NCBI GenBank assembly: GCA_963762565.1
Contig: CAVXLD010000010.1
Coordinates: 477,514 to 541,513 of the forward strand
DNA from: an uncultured Verrucomicrobiae bacterium
GTDB taxonomy: Bacteria; Verrucomicrobiota; Verrucomicrobiia; Chthoniobacterales; JAFAMB01
Direction: 5' to 3'
DNA: 64,000 bases
Part shown: positions 12,546-23,088 of the stretch, piece after piece
Numbering within the stretch: position 1 is the first letter of the stretch
How the letters are laid out: each line of letters begins with the position of its first letter
Notes under the pieces: generated by a model
The model's database searches: none
Told to the model about the DNA's origin: nothing
The model's input: the letters and a program-made list of their open reading frames with translations, nothing else
Made by a program: the position numbers and the translations under genes

Positions 12546-14942
12546 TCAAAATTGGTAACCTACGCTGAATTGGAAACGCCCGGAGGAGTTATTAAACTTA
12601 TCCGATTGCAACGGGATACCATAATCCAGTCGGATTGGCCCGATAGGCAGATTTAAACGAAGACCGGCACCGAAGTCGGAATTCACATCTCCGGTCCCAA
12701 AGTTCCATGAACCAGCGTTCACGAATCCAACGTCATAGAACACAGCGAAACGAACTCGGTCGATAATCGGGATCGTGTACTCGACAGTGAGTCGGGCCAT
12801 CGAATTACCACCGATATCATCTCCTTCTGCATCCTTCGGACCGACCCGATCGAAGTCAAAACCTCGGAGGTTATTGGCGCCTCCCAAGAAAAGTCGATCG
12901 TAAATCGGGACCGTGGTTCCTCCACCCCAGTTCGCTACCGTTGCCACTTCGGCGTCAAAAACCAGAATCGTGTCAAAAGGCAAGTGGAAATATTGTTCTC
13001 CCTCCAAATCGAACCCGTAGAGTTGAACATCTCCGCCCAGAGGACCGCCGGCCACATAGATCGAGAAATCCACCCTCTGCCCGGTTCTGGTTAAGAACGC
13101 ATTGTCCCGTTTATCGAACGTTATAGTGTACGTGAGCCGGCTCTCCAGCGTCGACCCGGCCTGATCCAAGATCAACGGATCAGTGGTCGAGATGTCGTAG
13201 ATGTCCGTCTCCTGCAAACGGTAGGTGAACTTCTGCGCCAGGAAGTTCGTAATCGGTTGGCGCAAGAAGAGGTCGAACCCGTAGTATTTCTCGTTGTAGA
13301 CATTGCTGAAGTAAGACGAATCCAGGTAGAAGGCATCCGTCCCAACGGCCAATCTCTTATCCAGGAAATAGGGTTCCGTAAAATTCGCGGTGATCTGCTT
13401 CTCTTCAGTTCCGATCTGGACTCGTATCCGGAACTTTTCACCGGCGCCCGTGAAGGTGCGCCAATTCAGGATATCAAAGTTTCCTTGGCTCAGTTCGGCG
13501 AAGCCGAGCAATCCCTCATCCGAGCTGAAACCCATACCGAAATTCAAGGACCCTGTGCGCTTTTCTTGGACCACGATATTTAGGTCCTTTCGTCCGGGCA
13601 CCAGTGTATCAGAGGCGTAGGAGTCGACCTTTTCGAAATACTGCAACCCTTCAAGTCGTTTCTTACTGATATCCACCCGCACCGTGTCGAAAACATCACC
13701 TGGCGCGAGCACGAGCTCGCGGCGAATCACCTTGTCCTTCGTGCGCGTGTTGCCGCTGATATTGATTCGTTCGACGTACGATTTGATCCCTTCTTCGATC
13801 TTGTAATGGAGATCGACTAAGCCCGGACCAGCCGGCGTCGTTTGCACCGCCACTTTAGCATCAGCGTAGCCAGCGACTCCGTAAGCGTCTTCAACCGCTT
13901 TAATGTCTTTCTCCAGCTTCTGTGGCGAGAAGATCTGGCCTTCCTTTTGCTTAATCACTTTCCGGAAATTCGCCTCCGTTACCACCTGTAGTCCCTCGAT
14001 ACTCACCGCGTTAATGTGGTACTGGATGCCCTGGTCGATGTAGATATCGATATCGACGTATTTCGGACCCTCTCGGTTGATCTTGACGTCCGTCACCTGA
14101 ACATCTTCGTAGCCGTCGTCCTGGAACACTTCTTTGATCTTTTGGACGTCCTCATCCAGCTGTGCACTGTTCAGTTTGCCGGCTCCAGTCAAAAAGGCGA
14201 TGATATTGTTCTCCTTCGTCTTCATCTCCTTTTTGAGCCGTTTCGACTTAATCGCGACATTCCCCCAGAAGCGGATCTTCTTTACGATCGATTTGGTTCC
14301 TTCACTGATGGAGTACGTAACGGTGGCAGTCCCTCGGTCTTCGTTGGTCTCGACCTTATATTGAACGTCGACATCCGGGTAGCCTCTCTTTTGATACAGC
14401 TCTACGACCTTCTGGCGGGCCGTCTCCAAGGTCTGCTCATCCAGTGGCGAATTGATCTTTAGCGCCATTTCCTTGCGAATCCTGCCCACCTTGACTTTCT
14501 CGTTACCCACCACATAGACCCCCGCGAGGGTGACTCGGGTCTGCACCACCACGATGACTTTTACGCCATCCGGCAAAGGTTCACCGTAAATTCGGACATT
14601 GGTCACCAAGCCGGTCGCATAAAGCGCCCGCACATCATCCTCGACGGTGGTCTCTGAATACGGCTGACCAACCGTCGTCTTCATGTTAGTCAAAATCCGC
14701 TGCCGGCTAAGGGTCGCAGGTCCGGCGTACTGGATTTCAATTTGGCGAACAATTGGGGCAGCCGAACGTTGAGGCCCGGGCGGCGTCGCTTGCGGCTGCG
14801 CCGCTGGAGCCTGTGCCGCAGGTGGTTGTTGCTGTTGCGCAAAAACTGTAGACGCGACAAAACCGAACAGAATTAAGCACAATAGCCATTTACGTTCGGG
14901 CACACGCTTTTGCTTCATAGGTAAAGGGGAGCCAACGATCAC
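12546..14942 (-). CDS. bamA: Outer membrane protein assembly factor BamA; start may be 14918
   Basis: POTRA repeats (GNTRTKDKVIRREL), LRGF motif, terminal GYQF. Confidence 0.95.
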   Translation of the reverse strand: MIVGSPLPMKQKRVPERKWLLCLILFGFVASTVFAQQQQPPAAQAPAAQPQATPPGPQRSAAPIVRQIEIQYAGPATLSRQRILTNMKTTVGQPYSETTVEDDVRALYATGLVTNVRIYGEPLPDGVKVIVVVQTRVTLAGVYVVGNEKVKVGRIRKEMALKINSPLDEQTLETARQKVVELYQKRGYPDVDVQYKVETNEDRGTATVTYSISEGTKSIVKKIRFWGNVAIKSKRLKKEMKTKENNIIAFLTGAGKLNSAQLDEDVQKIKEVFQDDGYEDVQVTDVKINREGPKYVDIDIYIDQGIQYHINAVSIEGLQVVTEANFRKVIKQKEGQIFSPQKLEKDIKAVEDAYGVAGYADAKVAVQTTPAGPGLVDLHYKIEEGIKSYVERINISGNTRTKDKVIRRELVLAPGDVFDTVRVDISKKRLEGLQYFEKVDSYASDTLVPGRKDLNIVVQEKRTGSLNFGMGFSSDEGLLGFAELSQGNFDILNWRTFTGAGEKFRIRVQIGTEEKQITANFTEPYFLDKRLAVGTDAFYLDSSYFSNVYNEKYYGFDLFLRQPITNFLAQKFTYRLQETDIYDISTTDPLILDQAGSTLESRLTYTITFDKRDNAFLTRTGQRVDFSIYVAGGPLGGDVQLYGFDLEGEQYFHLPFDTILVFDAEVATVANWGGGTTVPIYDRLFLGGANNLRGFDFDRVGPKDAEGDDIGGNSMARLTVEYTIPIIDRVRFAVFYDVGFVNAGSWNFGTGDVNSDFGAGLRLNLPIGPIRLDYGIPLQSDKFNNSSGRFQFSVGYQF

Positions 14943-15012
14943 AGCGAATGGCGCTAATTCACGACGATGACGTCCAAAACGTCAACCAGAAAAACCGCGA
15001 ACGGTCACGCTT

Positions 15013-16104
15013 TCAGTTCAGCAAGCTGTAAACATTGTTTCGGGAGTGTGGTTCATATCCGGCCTCTGTAATTAGCCGCTCGATTTCCTCCCGCGACAAC
15101 CGATAGGTCGTACCGGCGCTGCTGACGACGTTTTCTTCCATCATAACGGACCCGTAGTCGTTCGCCCCGTAGCTCAATGCGAGTTGGCCAATCTTGGGCC
15201 CTTGGGTCACCCACGAGCTCTGCAGATTCTCCACATTATCTAGGTAGATCCTCGCCAGGGCCTGGGTCCGCAAATATTCAGCCGAGCCGACGGGCTTTGC
15301 CTTTAACACCACGTTTTCCGGCTGAAACGTCCAGCAAATGAAAGCCGTAAACCCACCGGTCCGATCTTGAAGCTCCCGAATCCGGTCCAGATGCTCGATC
15401 CGGTCTTCTATCGTCTCCACATGTCCGAACATCATCGTGGCGCTGCTCCGCAGGCCTTCCTCGTGAGCGATTTCCATGACTCGCAACCACTGCTCGGTAT
15501 TACACTTCAACGGAGCAATCCGGTTGCGCACCCGGTCCACCAGAATCTCGCCTCCGCCTCCCGGGATTGAGCCCAGCCCGGCTTCACGAAATTTCAGAAT
15601 GACGTCTCGCATGGGCATTCCGAATACCTCAGCGAAATGGTTGAACTCAGGAGGGCTGAATGCGTGGATATTGATCTGGGGAAATCTCTCGCGGATATGG
15701 CTAAGCAGATTCAGATAATAATCGACCCCCAATTTTGGGTTGTGCCCCCCTTGCATTAAAATTTGTACGCCTCCGATGCTGACCAGCTCATCGATCTTCT
15801 GGTCGATCTGTTCGTGAGTTAGCACATAAAAATCAGGGTCTTTTTCGGTGCGATAGAACGCGCAAAATTTGCAATAAACGTTGCAAACGTTCGTGTAGTT
15901 GATGTTGCGTTCAACGATATACGTGACGATCTCGTTCCCGTGGCCCCCATAGGCGTCTGCTTTCGCCAATTTGCGCCGATGATCAGCCAATGCGCCCAGC
16001 TCTTCAATCGGGAGCCGATACAATTCCAACGCTTCTTCTTTATCGATTCGATCGCCGTCGAGCACCTTATCAACAACATCCGCGCTGGAAATCAGGGAAT
16101 TCAT
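15013..16104 (-). CDS. mqnC: Cyclic dehypoxanthinyl futalosine synthase (radical SAM)
   Basis: RNINYTNVCNVYCKFCAF, LMQGG, PGGGGEIL, QSSWVTQG, MMEENVV. Confidence 0.9.
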   Translation of the reverse strand: MNSLISSADVVDKVLDGDRIDKEEALELYRLPIEELGALADHRRKLAKADAYGGHGNEIVTYIVERNINYTNVCNVYCKFCAFYRTEKDPDFYVLTHEQIDQKIDELVSIGGVQILMQGGHNPKLGVDYYLNLLSHIRERFPQINIHAFSPPEFNHFAEVFGMPMRDVILKFREAGLGSIPGGGGEILVDRVRNRIAPLKCNTEQWLRVMEIAHEEGLRSSATMMFGHVETIEDRIEHLDRIRELQDRTGGFTAFICWTFQPENVVLKAKPVGSAEYLRTQALARIYLDNVENLQSSWVTQGPKIGQLALSYGANDYGSVMMEENVVSSAGTTYRLSREEIERLITEAGYEPHSRNNVYSLLN

Positions 16105-16164
16105 TCGCTGAGCTAGTATTAAACCAGTCCTTTGGCGCATGCCAGTGCGTTTCGCGAGACCGAA

Positions 16165-16451
16165 TCGTCCCCGTTCTCGTCGTCGTCCTCGATTCGAGCG
16201 GAGTTGGTCCAACGCCTGGAGGGGAGCCGCTTTATAGTGTGGCAGCTCTGTCGGATGGCAGCAGGCGGCTCCCGGGAATTACCCATCGCTTGCAGCTCTG
16301 CCGCCTTTCGTTCCAAACCAATGGAGACGATGGATAAAACGTGGCGCTGGGTTATTCGCGGGAGCCGCCTGTTCTCTTCGTCTTTCGTCACATCAAGCCC
16401 TGGTCCAAATGTAGCGAGGTCGTCCGATACGCCCCAAAGCGGCTCCCCTCC
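16165..16451. repeat. TCGTCC array plus two-layer nested inverted repeat
   Basis: ggaggggagccgcttt (16218)/aaagcggctcccctcc (16436) enclosing 16261-16289/16344-16371; half copy at 33345-33452. Confidence 0.8.
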
Positions 16452-16523
16452 ATACTCAATCCGAAGCCGGCGACGATCCATGCTGGAAACCTGCGCTAGA
16501 AATGGCCACATTGGTGCCAAAGC

Positions 16524-17543
16524 GTGGCCGAGAACTTTTACCAAGAAACGATCCAATCGCCGAAGAGCCCGTTTGACCTTTCGCTACGGCCTCCGTTGTT
16601 CTCGGAATTTCAAGGGCAGGCTCGGGTCAAAGAGCGGTTAGAACTGATGGTAGCCGCCGCCAAACAACGCGGCGATGTGCTTGAACATATCTTACTAAGC
16701 GGTCCCCCCGGATTGGGAAAAACGAGCCTGGCGTTCATTTTGGCCAACTCGATGGCTGTCAACATCAAATCGACGAGCGGTCCCATGATTGAAAGGGCAG
16801 GGGATTTGGCCGGCCTCCTGACCACGCTTGAACGGGGCGATATCCTATTTATCGATGAAATCCACCGGCTCCAGCCGGCCATAGAGGAGTATCTCTACCC
16901 GGCTATGGAAGATTTCCGGCTGGATATCATCATCGACCAAGGACCGAATGCTCGGAGCGTACGGCTGAACCTGCCCAAGTTTACTCTGGTAGGCGCAACC
17001 ACTCGCGCCGGTTTGATTAGTTCACCGTTGCGCTCCCGCTTCGGTATGATCAGCCGGCTCGACTATTACAGTGTCGAAGAGCTGACCAACGTCATTGACC
17101 GGAGCGCTGGCCTTATCGGGGTGACCATCGACAAGGAAGGCTCTCGCGAAATCGCTGCTCGGTCACGCGGCACTCCCAGAATCGCGAATAATCTGCTGCG
17201 TTGGGTCCGCGATTACGCTCAAGTCAAAGCGAACGGCGCAATCGACACAGAGGTGGCAGATCTTGCCTTGAAAATGCTCGATATCGACAACGACGGATTA
17301 GACGAGATGGACAAACGGCTGTTAGAGGCCCTGATCTCTCGATTTCAGGGCGGCCCCGTCGGTCTTAATTCTCTCGCCGTCTCAGTCGGTGAGGATGCAG
17401 GTACTATCGAGGAAGTGAACGAGCCCTATCTGATTCAAGAAGGCTACATCCAACGAACAGCTCAGGGTCGGGTCGCATTAGCCAAAGCATACAAAAAGTT
17501 GGGCCTGGAACGATCCTCTCATGGACAGAAGGAGCTGTTCTAA
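16524..17543 (+). CDS. ruvB: Holliday junction branch migration helicase RuvB
   Basis: [35 protein letters not shown]. Confidence 0.97.
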   Translation: MAENFYQETIQSPKSPFDLSLRPPLFSEFQGQARVKERLELMVAAAKQRGDVLEHILLSGPPGLGKTSLAFILANSMAVNIKSTSGPMIERAGDLAGLLTTLERGDILFIDEIHRLQPAIEEYLYPAMEDFRLDIIIDQGPNARSVRLNLPKFTLVGATTRAGLISSPLRSRFGMISRLDYYSVEELTNVIDRSAGLIGVTIDKEGSREIAARSRGTPRIANNLLRWVRDYAQVKANGAIDTEVADLALKMLDIDNDGLDEMDKRLLEALISRFQGGPVGLNSLAVSVGEDAGTIEEVNEPYLIQEGYIQRTAQGRVALAKAYKKLGLERSSHGQKELF

Positions 17544-17545
17544 GA

Positions 17546-17810
17546 GCAGGAGCTAGGAGCTAGAATCTAGGAGCTAGTAGGGGGTCGCGAGGAGATCGTA
17601 ATCGTCCTCGTTCTCGTCGTCGTCCTCGTCCTCGATAAAGCGCGCTAGCAGTACCGATGTCACAAACCAAGGCGTGTTCGCGAAGATAGAATTCGTGGGT
17701 AATTCGAAGGCGGTCGGAGAAGACACGCCGTCTCGAGGAGGAAGAACGAGCACGATTACGAACCAATGGCGCGCCCTCCTAGCTCCTAGATTCTAGCTCC
17801 TAGCTCCTGC
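17546..17810. repeat. Perfect 32-bp inverted heptamer arms (AGGAGCT)n enclosing an inverted TCGTCC pair
   Basis: 17546-17577 is the exact reverse complement of 17779-17810; inner arms about 17596-17636 and 17733-17760. Confidence 0.92.
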
Positions 17811-17813
17811 CTG

Positions 17814-18782
17814 CTAGTTGCTCGCCTCGTTTCGGGGCTTCCGCTTAACCCGCAACGGTATCGGCGAATTATCCTCATAATGTATGGTTGAAGGCCAGAT
17901 GAGTCGCCAAGGCTGTTCCTTCACCTTGCCTGAGAGTTCAGTCATATCAGCGGCGAAGATGTTCACTTTGGGAAAAAACACGTTCAATTCCTCCTGAACC
18001 TGACTCAACAGAGATTTTAGTCGGCCTGATGCAGCGTCAAAATTCGCCAACGTCTTTCCTAGATTGTCATCCTTCTGTACTTGGTCCACCAATCCTTGGA
18101 CGTCCTTGAGCGTTGTCTGTACCTCCTGCAGCGTTTGATCAACAGACCCTCCTTTTGCCGTAAGCTCCCGGAAATTTCGGCCGACTACCTGAAAACTGTC
18201 GAGTGTTTTGTCTAATGAGGCCAAAAAGGTTGAATCCTTACCGGTTAACCGAGTGAGATTCTCAGCGGTGCGACGGAGCTCCAGCAGCGTATCGGTGGCT
18301 TGGTTCAGCATGGGCTCCAATTCCAGAACGATCGTGGTACCAACTTCACCCAAATCCGGTGAACGCGCACCAACGAACGAGTCTCCGTTAACCGCTCTGC
18401 CCGATTTTGGATTTCCTTGTGTAAAATCAATGACCGACTCCGCTAAGAGTCCAAAGGAACGCATGGTTACGCTATTTTCTTTGAATATCTCGGCATCCGC
18501 AGAAACCTGCACCGTGATAACAGCTTCATAGTTTGGCTTGCCGGCCGGCCTCTCTGAAATTGGTACCGGAGATTGGATGAAATCCACGGTTCCAATCTTT
18601 CTCCCGGCTAGAGTTACGATAGCGCCCGGCTTAATCGCTGCCGCATCATCGAAAAAGACTCGATAGTGTACGATCGGCCGGAATAATCCCGGCGCCGACA
18701 AATAGAGCACGATCCCGACCAATAGGCCGACGGTCAGAACCACCAGGATGCCCGTCCGAATCTCACTACGTATTATCTGCAT
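17814..18782 (-). CDS. mlaD: MlaD/MCE family protein
   Basis: N-terminal TM, MCE domain (IKPGAIVTLAGRKIGTV), helical tail; in operon with mlaE/F. Confidence 0.85.
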   Translation of the reverse strand: MQIIRSEIRTGILVVLTVGLLVGIVLYLSAPGLFRPIVHYRVFFDDAAAIKPGAIVTLAGRKIGTVDFIQSPVPISERPAGKPNYEAVITVQVSADAEIFKENSVTMRSFGLLAESVIDFTQGNPKSGRAVNGDSFVGARSPDLGEVGTTIVLELEPMLNQATDTLLELRRTAENLTRLTGKDSTFLASLDKTLDSFQVVGRNFRELTAKGGSVDQTLQEVQTTLKDVQGLVDQVQKDDNLGKTLANFDAASGRLKSLLSQVQEELNVFFPKVNIFAADMTELSGKVKEQPWRLIWPSTIHYEDNSPIPLRVKRKPRNEASN

Positions 18783-19548
18783 CGGGCAATTTTTCAGTCA
18801 TCGGACCTTCAACTCCGCCGGTAACAAATTGACGAACGACAGGGTCGTCCGAGCTCTTGAATTCTTCCGGATCACTGTCCTGGATAATCGTACCCTGATA
18901 AAGCATGGCCATGCGCGTGGCGATCCTAAAAGCGCTGTCCATCTCATGGGTAACGATAACCGAAGTCGTATTTGTCTTCTCCGTGAGATTAATAATCAAT
19001 TCATCGATCACCGAGCTCATAACCGGATCGAGTCCAGCCGAGGGCTCATCGAACAACACCAACTCAGGATCGAGCATGAGCGCTCGAGCCAAGCTGACCC
19101 GTTTTCGCATACCGCCGCTAAGCTCAGAAGGCATTTTGCTTTCGGTCCCACTCATCCCAACCATGGCCAGCTTTCCTTCAACCAAGTTATCGATTTCGCT
19201 TTCCGATTTTCGGCCCAATTCGCGTATCGGCAGAGCTAGGTTATCCCTGACATTCAAGGAGCTGATTAGAGCCGAGTATTGGTACACCATCCCTATTCTA
19301 CTTCGTAGCAAATTCAGTTTGCTTCTACTTAAGCGACTCACTCGCAAATGCTTGTACTTTATTTCACCTCCGGTTGGCTTCAAGATCCCTAGAATCAATC
19401 GCAACATCGTACTTTTCCCTCCCCCGCTTTGACCGAGAATGACCAAGCGATCTTGAGGAAAGATTTTTAGTTCGATCCCATTGAGGACAGGTTTCCCGGC
19501 AAACGCTAGGAAAACCTGGTTCAAGTGGACCAATGGCGTCTCCGTCAT
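18766..19548 (-). CDS. mlaF: MlaF-type ABC ATPase
   Basis: GQSGGGKS, LSGGMRKRVSLARAL, FDEPSAGLDP. Confidence 0.88.
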   Translation of the reverse strand: MTETPLVHLNQVFLAFAGKPVLNGIELKIFPQDRLVILGQSGGGKSTMLRLILGILKPTGGEIKYKHLRVSRLSRSKLNLLRSRIGMVYQYSALISSLNVRDNLALPIRELGRKSESEIDNLVEGKLAMVGMSGTESKMPSELSGGMRKRVSLARALMLDPELVLFDEPSAGLDPVMSSVIDELIINLTEKTNTTSVIVTHEMDSAFRIATRMAMLYQGTIIQDSDPEEFKSSDDPVVRQFVTGGVEGPMTEKLPDADNT

Positions 19549-20336
19549 TTGGTGTACTGAGTAACGATTACATTAAAAAGGCTATCGAACCCGATCACGC
19601 TCGTGATCGCGATCACCACGCTCCCTGTGGTGGCTCGGCCGACACCTTCCGCTCCGCCGGTGACCGTGAGGCCCTTAAAACACGCGATGAGCCCGATAAC
19701 CAGACCGAAGAAAGCAGCTTTGAAAAATCCGATTACGATATCGTTAACCAACAGACTGCTCAGAACCGCGTCGAAAAAGAACGCTGGCACGATGTTTAGG
19801 GTCACCCAAGAAATCAGACACGAACCTATCAGCGCTGCCACAACCGAACAAACCGAGAGACAGGGCATCGCCCCCACAATCGCTACCAGGCGCGGAGCCA
19901 CCAGGAACCGGAGCGGCCCTATCCCCATGGCTTCGATGGCTTCCACTTCCTCAGCGACTTGCATGGTGCCGAGCTCAGCTGTAAACGCGGCGCCGATTCT
20001 CGCTGCCAGCACAATTCCGGTTATCAGAGGCCCAAGCTCCCTGGTAAACGCAATCGCAATCAGGGAAGGGATCAACCGCTCCACTCCAAACTTCAACAGC
20101 TGATATCCCGTCAGCAACGCCATGGTTAACCCCAGAAAGAAGGAGACCATCAAAACCAACGGCACCGACCCGACCGCAGTACGATCTGTTTGGGTAAAGA
20201 GAGCGGAAAGCCGAAACGGCAAACGTCCCCGCCGAACGTTGTCGGCCATCTCTTCTGCAGTATTCAGCAGAAGCCAAACGATACTCCCCAGGTTAACCAG
20301 GGCATTCCGCGTCAAGAAACCGATCCGATAGAGCAA
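19545..20336 (-). CDS. mlaE: MlaE-type ABC permease
   Basis: RELGPLITG, AELGTM, GAEGVGRATT. Confidence 0.9.
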   Translation of the reverse strand: MLYRIGFLTRNALVNLGSIVWLLLNTAEEMADNVRRGRLPFRLSALFTQTDRTAVGSVPLVLMVSFFLGLTMALLTGYQLLKFGVERLIPSLIAIAFTRELGPLITGIVLAARIGAAFTAELGTMQVAEEVEAIEAMGIGPLRFLVAPRLVAIVGAMPCLSVCSVVAALIGSCLISWVTLNIVPAFFFDAVLSSLLVNDIVIGFFKAAFFGLVIGLIACFKGLTVTGGAEGVGRATTGSVVIAITSVIGFDSLFNVIVTQYTK

Positions 20337-20381
20337 ACGCTACTTATTAGGCCGAGCGGGCGGGGAATCAAGGCTGATTAG

Positions 20382-20595
20382 TTGGTAGGGCGAGGCTCCC
20401 GAATACCTCGACGCCGCAACGAAGCAAAATAGCTTGCCGTGATGATTCGGTACGTTAGGCCTGAGATCGCGCCGAGCCGGGGGTTGCGCTAACCACGGCT
20501 CGGCGCGCACCAAGGTCCAACAAACTATGCGGCAGCGGTAAAGCCGGTCGCGCTGTGAAAATACTTCCCTCTTTGCGGGAGCCTCGCCCTACCAA
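20382..20595. repeat. GTAG-type REP doublet with ~70-nt unique segment in each arm (copy 1)
   Basis: ttggtagggcgaggctcccg..cgccgagccg / cggctcggcg..cgggagcctcgccctaccaa. Confidence 0.9.
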
Positions 20596-20610
20596 GCCAC
20601 CTCTCACCTC

Positions 20611-22368
20611 TCACTTCTCACTAATCACTTCCTCCACGTCGCTCTCCGTCACAAACAACCCACTCTGATACAACCGGCGATAGATTCCGTTGGCGAGCAA
20701 TAGCTCATCGTGTGTGCCGCGCTCCACAATCGCGCCGTCTTCCAGTACCAGGATCTGGTCTGCCTGGCGGATCGTCGAGAGTCGATGAGCGATCACAAAA
20801 CTAGTTCTCCCCAGAAGCAGGCGTTGCAGAGCCGCTTGAATCTCGCGCTCCGTCTCCGTATCCACGCTGGCTGTCGCTTCATCCAGCACCAAGATCGGTG
20901 GATCTTTCAAAAGGGCGCGCGCGATCGAAAGCCTCTGTTTCTCGCCTACACTGAGTTTGACTCCGCGCTCGCCAACCTTTGAGTCCAGCCCTCCAGGCAG
21001 TTTTCTGACAAAATCGATCGCAAATGCGGCGGTTAACGCTTCCTCCAACTCTTCCTCAGAAGCGCTCGGATTACCGAAGAGAAGATTCTCCCTGACCGAG
21101 CCGTTAAATAAGAAGGTCTCCTGGGTGACAAACCCAACGATTCGACGCAGCGTCGCTTTCGAGAACTGCCGGATCGAGCGTTCGTCCACCAGAATCTCGC
21201 CTCCTTGAGGACCGAGCTCATAGAAACGGAGCAAGAGACTAACCAAAGTCGATTTCCCAGCTCCGGTGTGACCCACCAACGCGATCATTTGCCCAGGCGA
21301 AGCCGATAACGAGATGTTTCGAAGTGCCAGCCGCCCGGGTACATAGCCGAAACTAACGTTCCTATATTCAACGGCGCCCAACGGGCTAAAATCCTCATCC
21401 GGAGCAGAGGTCTCCTCGCGGGGTTGATCCATGATCTCGTACAAACGATCAGCCGCCGCCCGGCTGCTCTGCACCATTTGATTCAAGCTATGGAGCCGGC
21501 TCACTGGTTCATACAGGAAACGCACCAGAATCAGGCTGCCGACTAGTTCTCCCACCCCCATCTGCCCATGCAAGACGGCGTTTCCGCCAAACCCGGTCAC
21601 CATGACGAGTCCGCATCCGGCGAAAAACTCCATACTGGGATCGTAGATCGCCCAGGCTTTCATCACGACGAGAGTCGCCTCCTTTAACTTAGCTCCTGCC
21701 TGGTTAAATCGTCCATGTTCCGCGTTTTCCCTCGCGTAAGCTTTGATCTGCCGGATCCCGGCCAAGTTGTCATGCAGGAGAGCGTTCATCCCAGAGGCCG
21801 CTTTTCTCTGCCGGGCATAACGGGATTTGGCCGTCAAAGTGTACCAAAGCGCGCCTGCGACCAGAAAGGGGAGCGGGGTCAGAGCCAAGAAACCCAACCA
21901 AGGCTCTGTGGCAATCAGCATGCCGGCCACAATGATGATTTGCAAAACGGCGACACTGCCTTGCTCAATTCCGTCGATAAGGACTCGCTCGACCGCATTA
22001 ACATCCTCAACGACCCGGGTCATGATATCTCCGGTCGCCTGTTGATCGAACCAAGACAACGGCAGCCGTTGAATGTGGTTATACAGATCGCTTCTCAGAT
22101 CGAAGATAACGCGTTGTTCAAAGGTGTTATTGAGGAGAATCCGCAGACCGTTAGCTAGGTTTTGCACCCCGAAAGCACCCAACGCCACCAGAGCCAGAGG
22201 GAGGATCAACTCCGGATGATGCCCGCGCACACCATCGTCGATGATCCGCTGTGTCACCCCGGGAAACACCACTACCGTGACCGTCGCCAGGATCGCAAAC
22301 CCAAGGTTCCCGGCCGCTAACCACGGATATCGGCGCAAATAACGAAAAACACGAAAGATCGTCGGCAT
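20611..22368 (-). CDS. ABC exporter, fused permease/ATPase (MsbA/MdlB-like)
   Basis: TM domain plus GHTGAGKS, LSVGEKQR, LDEATASVD. Confidence 0.92.
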   Translation of the reverse strand: MPTIFRVFRYLRRYPWLAAGNLGFAILATVTVVVFPGVTQRIIDDGVRGHHPELILPLALVALGAFGVQNLANGLRILLNNTFEQRVIFDLRSDLYNHIQRLPLSWFDQQATGDIMTRVVEDVNAVERVLIDGIEQGSVAVLQIIIVAGMLIATEPWLGFLALTPLPFLVAGALWYTLTAKSRYARQRKAASGMNALLHDNLAGIRQIKAYARENAEHGRFNQAGAKLKEATLVVMKAWAIYDPSMEFFAGCGLVMVTGFGGNAVLHGQMGVGELVGSLILVRFLYEPVSRLHSLNQMVQSSRAAADRLYEIMDQPREETSAPDEDFSPLGAVEYRNVSFGYVPGRLALRNISLSASPGQMIALVGHTGAGKSTLVSLLLRFYELGPQGGEILVDERSIRQFSKATLRRIVGFVTQETFLFNGSVRENLLFGNPSASEEELEEALTAAFAIDFVRKLPGGLDSKVGERGVKLSVGEKQRLSIARALLKDPPILVLDEATASVDTETEREIQAALQRLLLGRTSFVIAHRLSTIRQADQILVLEDGAIVERGTHDELLLANGIYRRLYQSGLFVTESDVEEVISEK

Positions 22369-22421
22369 TCGAACTATTTCCTACTAACCGCATCGGAAAA
22401 GCTCGCAACCGAAAACGCCGA

Positions 22422-22548
22422 ACTAGGAGCTAGGAGCTAGAATCCAGGAGCTAGGAGGTCCACCTCTCACCTCTCACCCGTTCGACGCGCTAAATACCTG
22501 CTCAGGGCAGGCCTTTCACCTTTCACCAATCACTAATCACCAATCACC
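22422..22548. repeat. Composite heptamer arrays (AGGAGCT, TCTCACC/AATCACC) with nested 35-nt element
   Basis: Arrays directly visible; interruption at 22478-22512. Confidence 0.8.
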
Positions 22549-23084
22549 GAACCTTCCACACGCCACGTTCCCGGCGCCAAATCGCCTAGCCACAAACCAC
22601 CGATGCGAACCCGGACCAGACGTAACGTCGGATACCCAACCGCAGCCGTCATTCGCCGAACCTGCCTATTCTTTCCTTCCATTAACACCATGCTCAACCA
22701 GGAGTCCGGCACCGTCTTCCGATAGCGTATGGGAGGATCTCGAGGCCCAATCGGCGGCGCCGGATCCAGTCGCCTGACGCGGCACGGCAACGTCCTGCGC
22801 CCCTGGATCAAAATTCCGGTTTCTAACCGGCGAAGCTCTTTGTCGCCCGGCAAGCCCTCGACTTGAACCCAATATTCTCGTTCATGTCCACGTTCAGGAT
22901 TCAAAATCCGCGCATTCCACCGAGCCTCGTCACTGAGCAACAAAAGTCCCTCTGAGTCAGCATCCAGTCTCCCAATCGGATAAACAGCCGGAGGAAAACC
23001 GAAGCCGGCCAGGCTCGGACGGTTTGAACCGTCTGAGGTGAACTGTGAGACTACGCCAAATGGCTTGTGAAAGGCGATCAACAC
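22533..23084 (-). CDS. rluE: rRNA pseudouridine synthase (RluE-like)
   Basis: HKPFGVVSQF, GRLDADSEGL, RDPPIRYR, EGKNRQVRRMTAAVG. Confidence 0.85.
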   Translation of the reverse strand: MLIAFHKPFGVVSQFTSDGSNRPSLAGFGFPPAVYPIGRLDADSEGLLLLSDEARWNARILNPERGHEREYWVQVEGLPGDKELRRLETGILIQGRRTLPCRVRRLDPAPPIGPRDPPIRYRKTVPDSWLSMVLMEGKNRQVRRMTAAVGYPTLRLVRVRIGGLWLGDLAPGTWRVEGSVIGD

Positions 23085-23088
23085 GTGT

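Noticed and set aside
16119..16641. ORFs between mqnC and ruvB
   Set aside because: Translate nested repeats; no protein motifs
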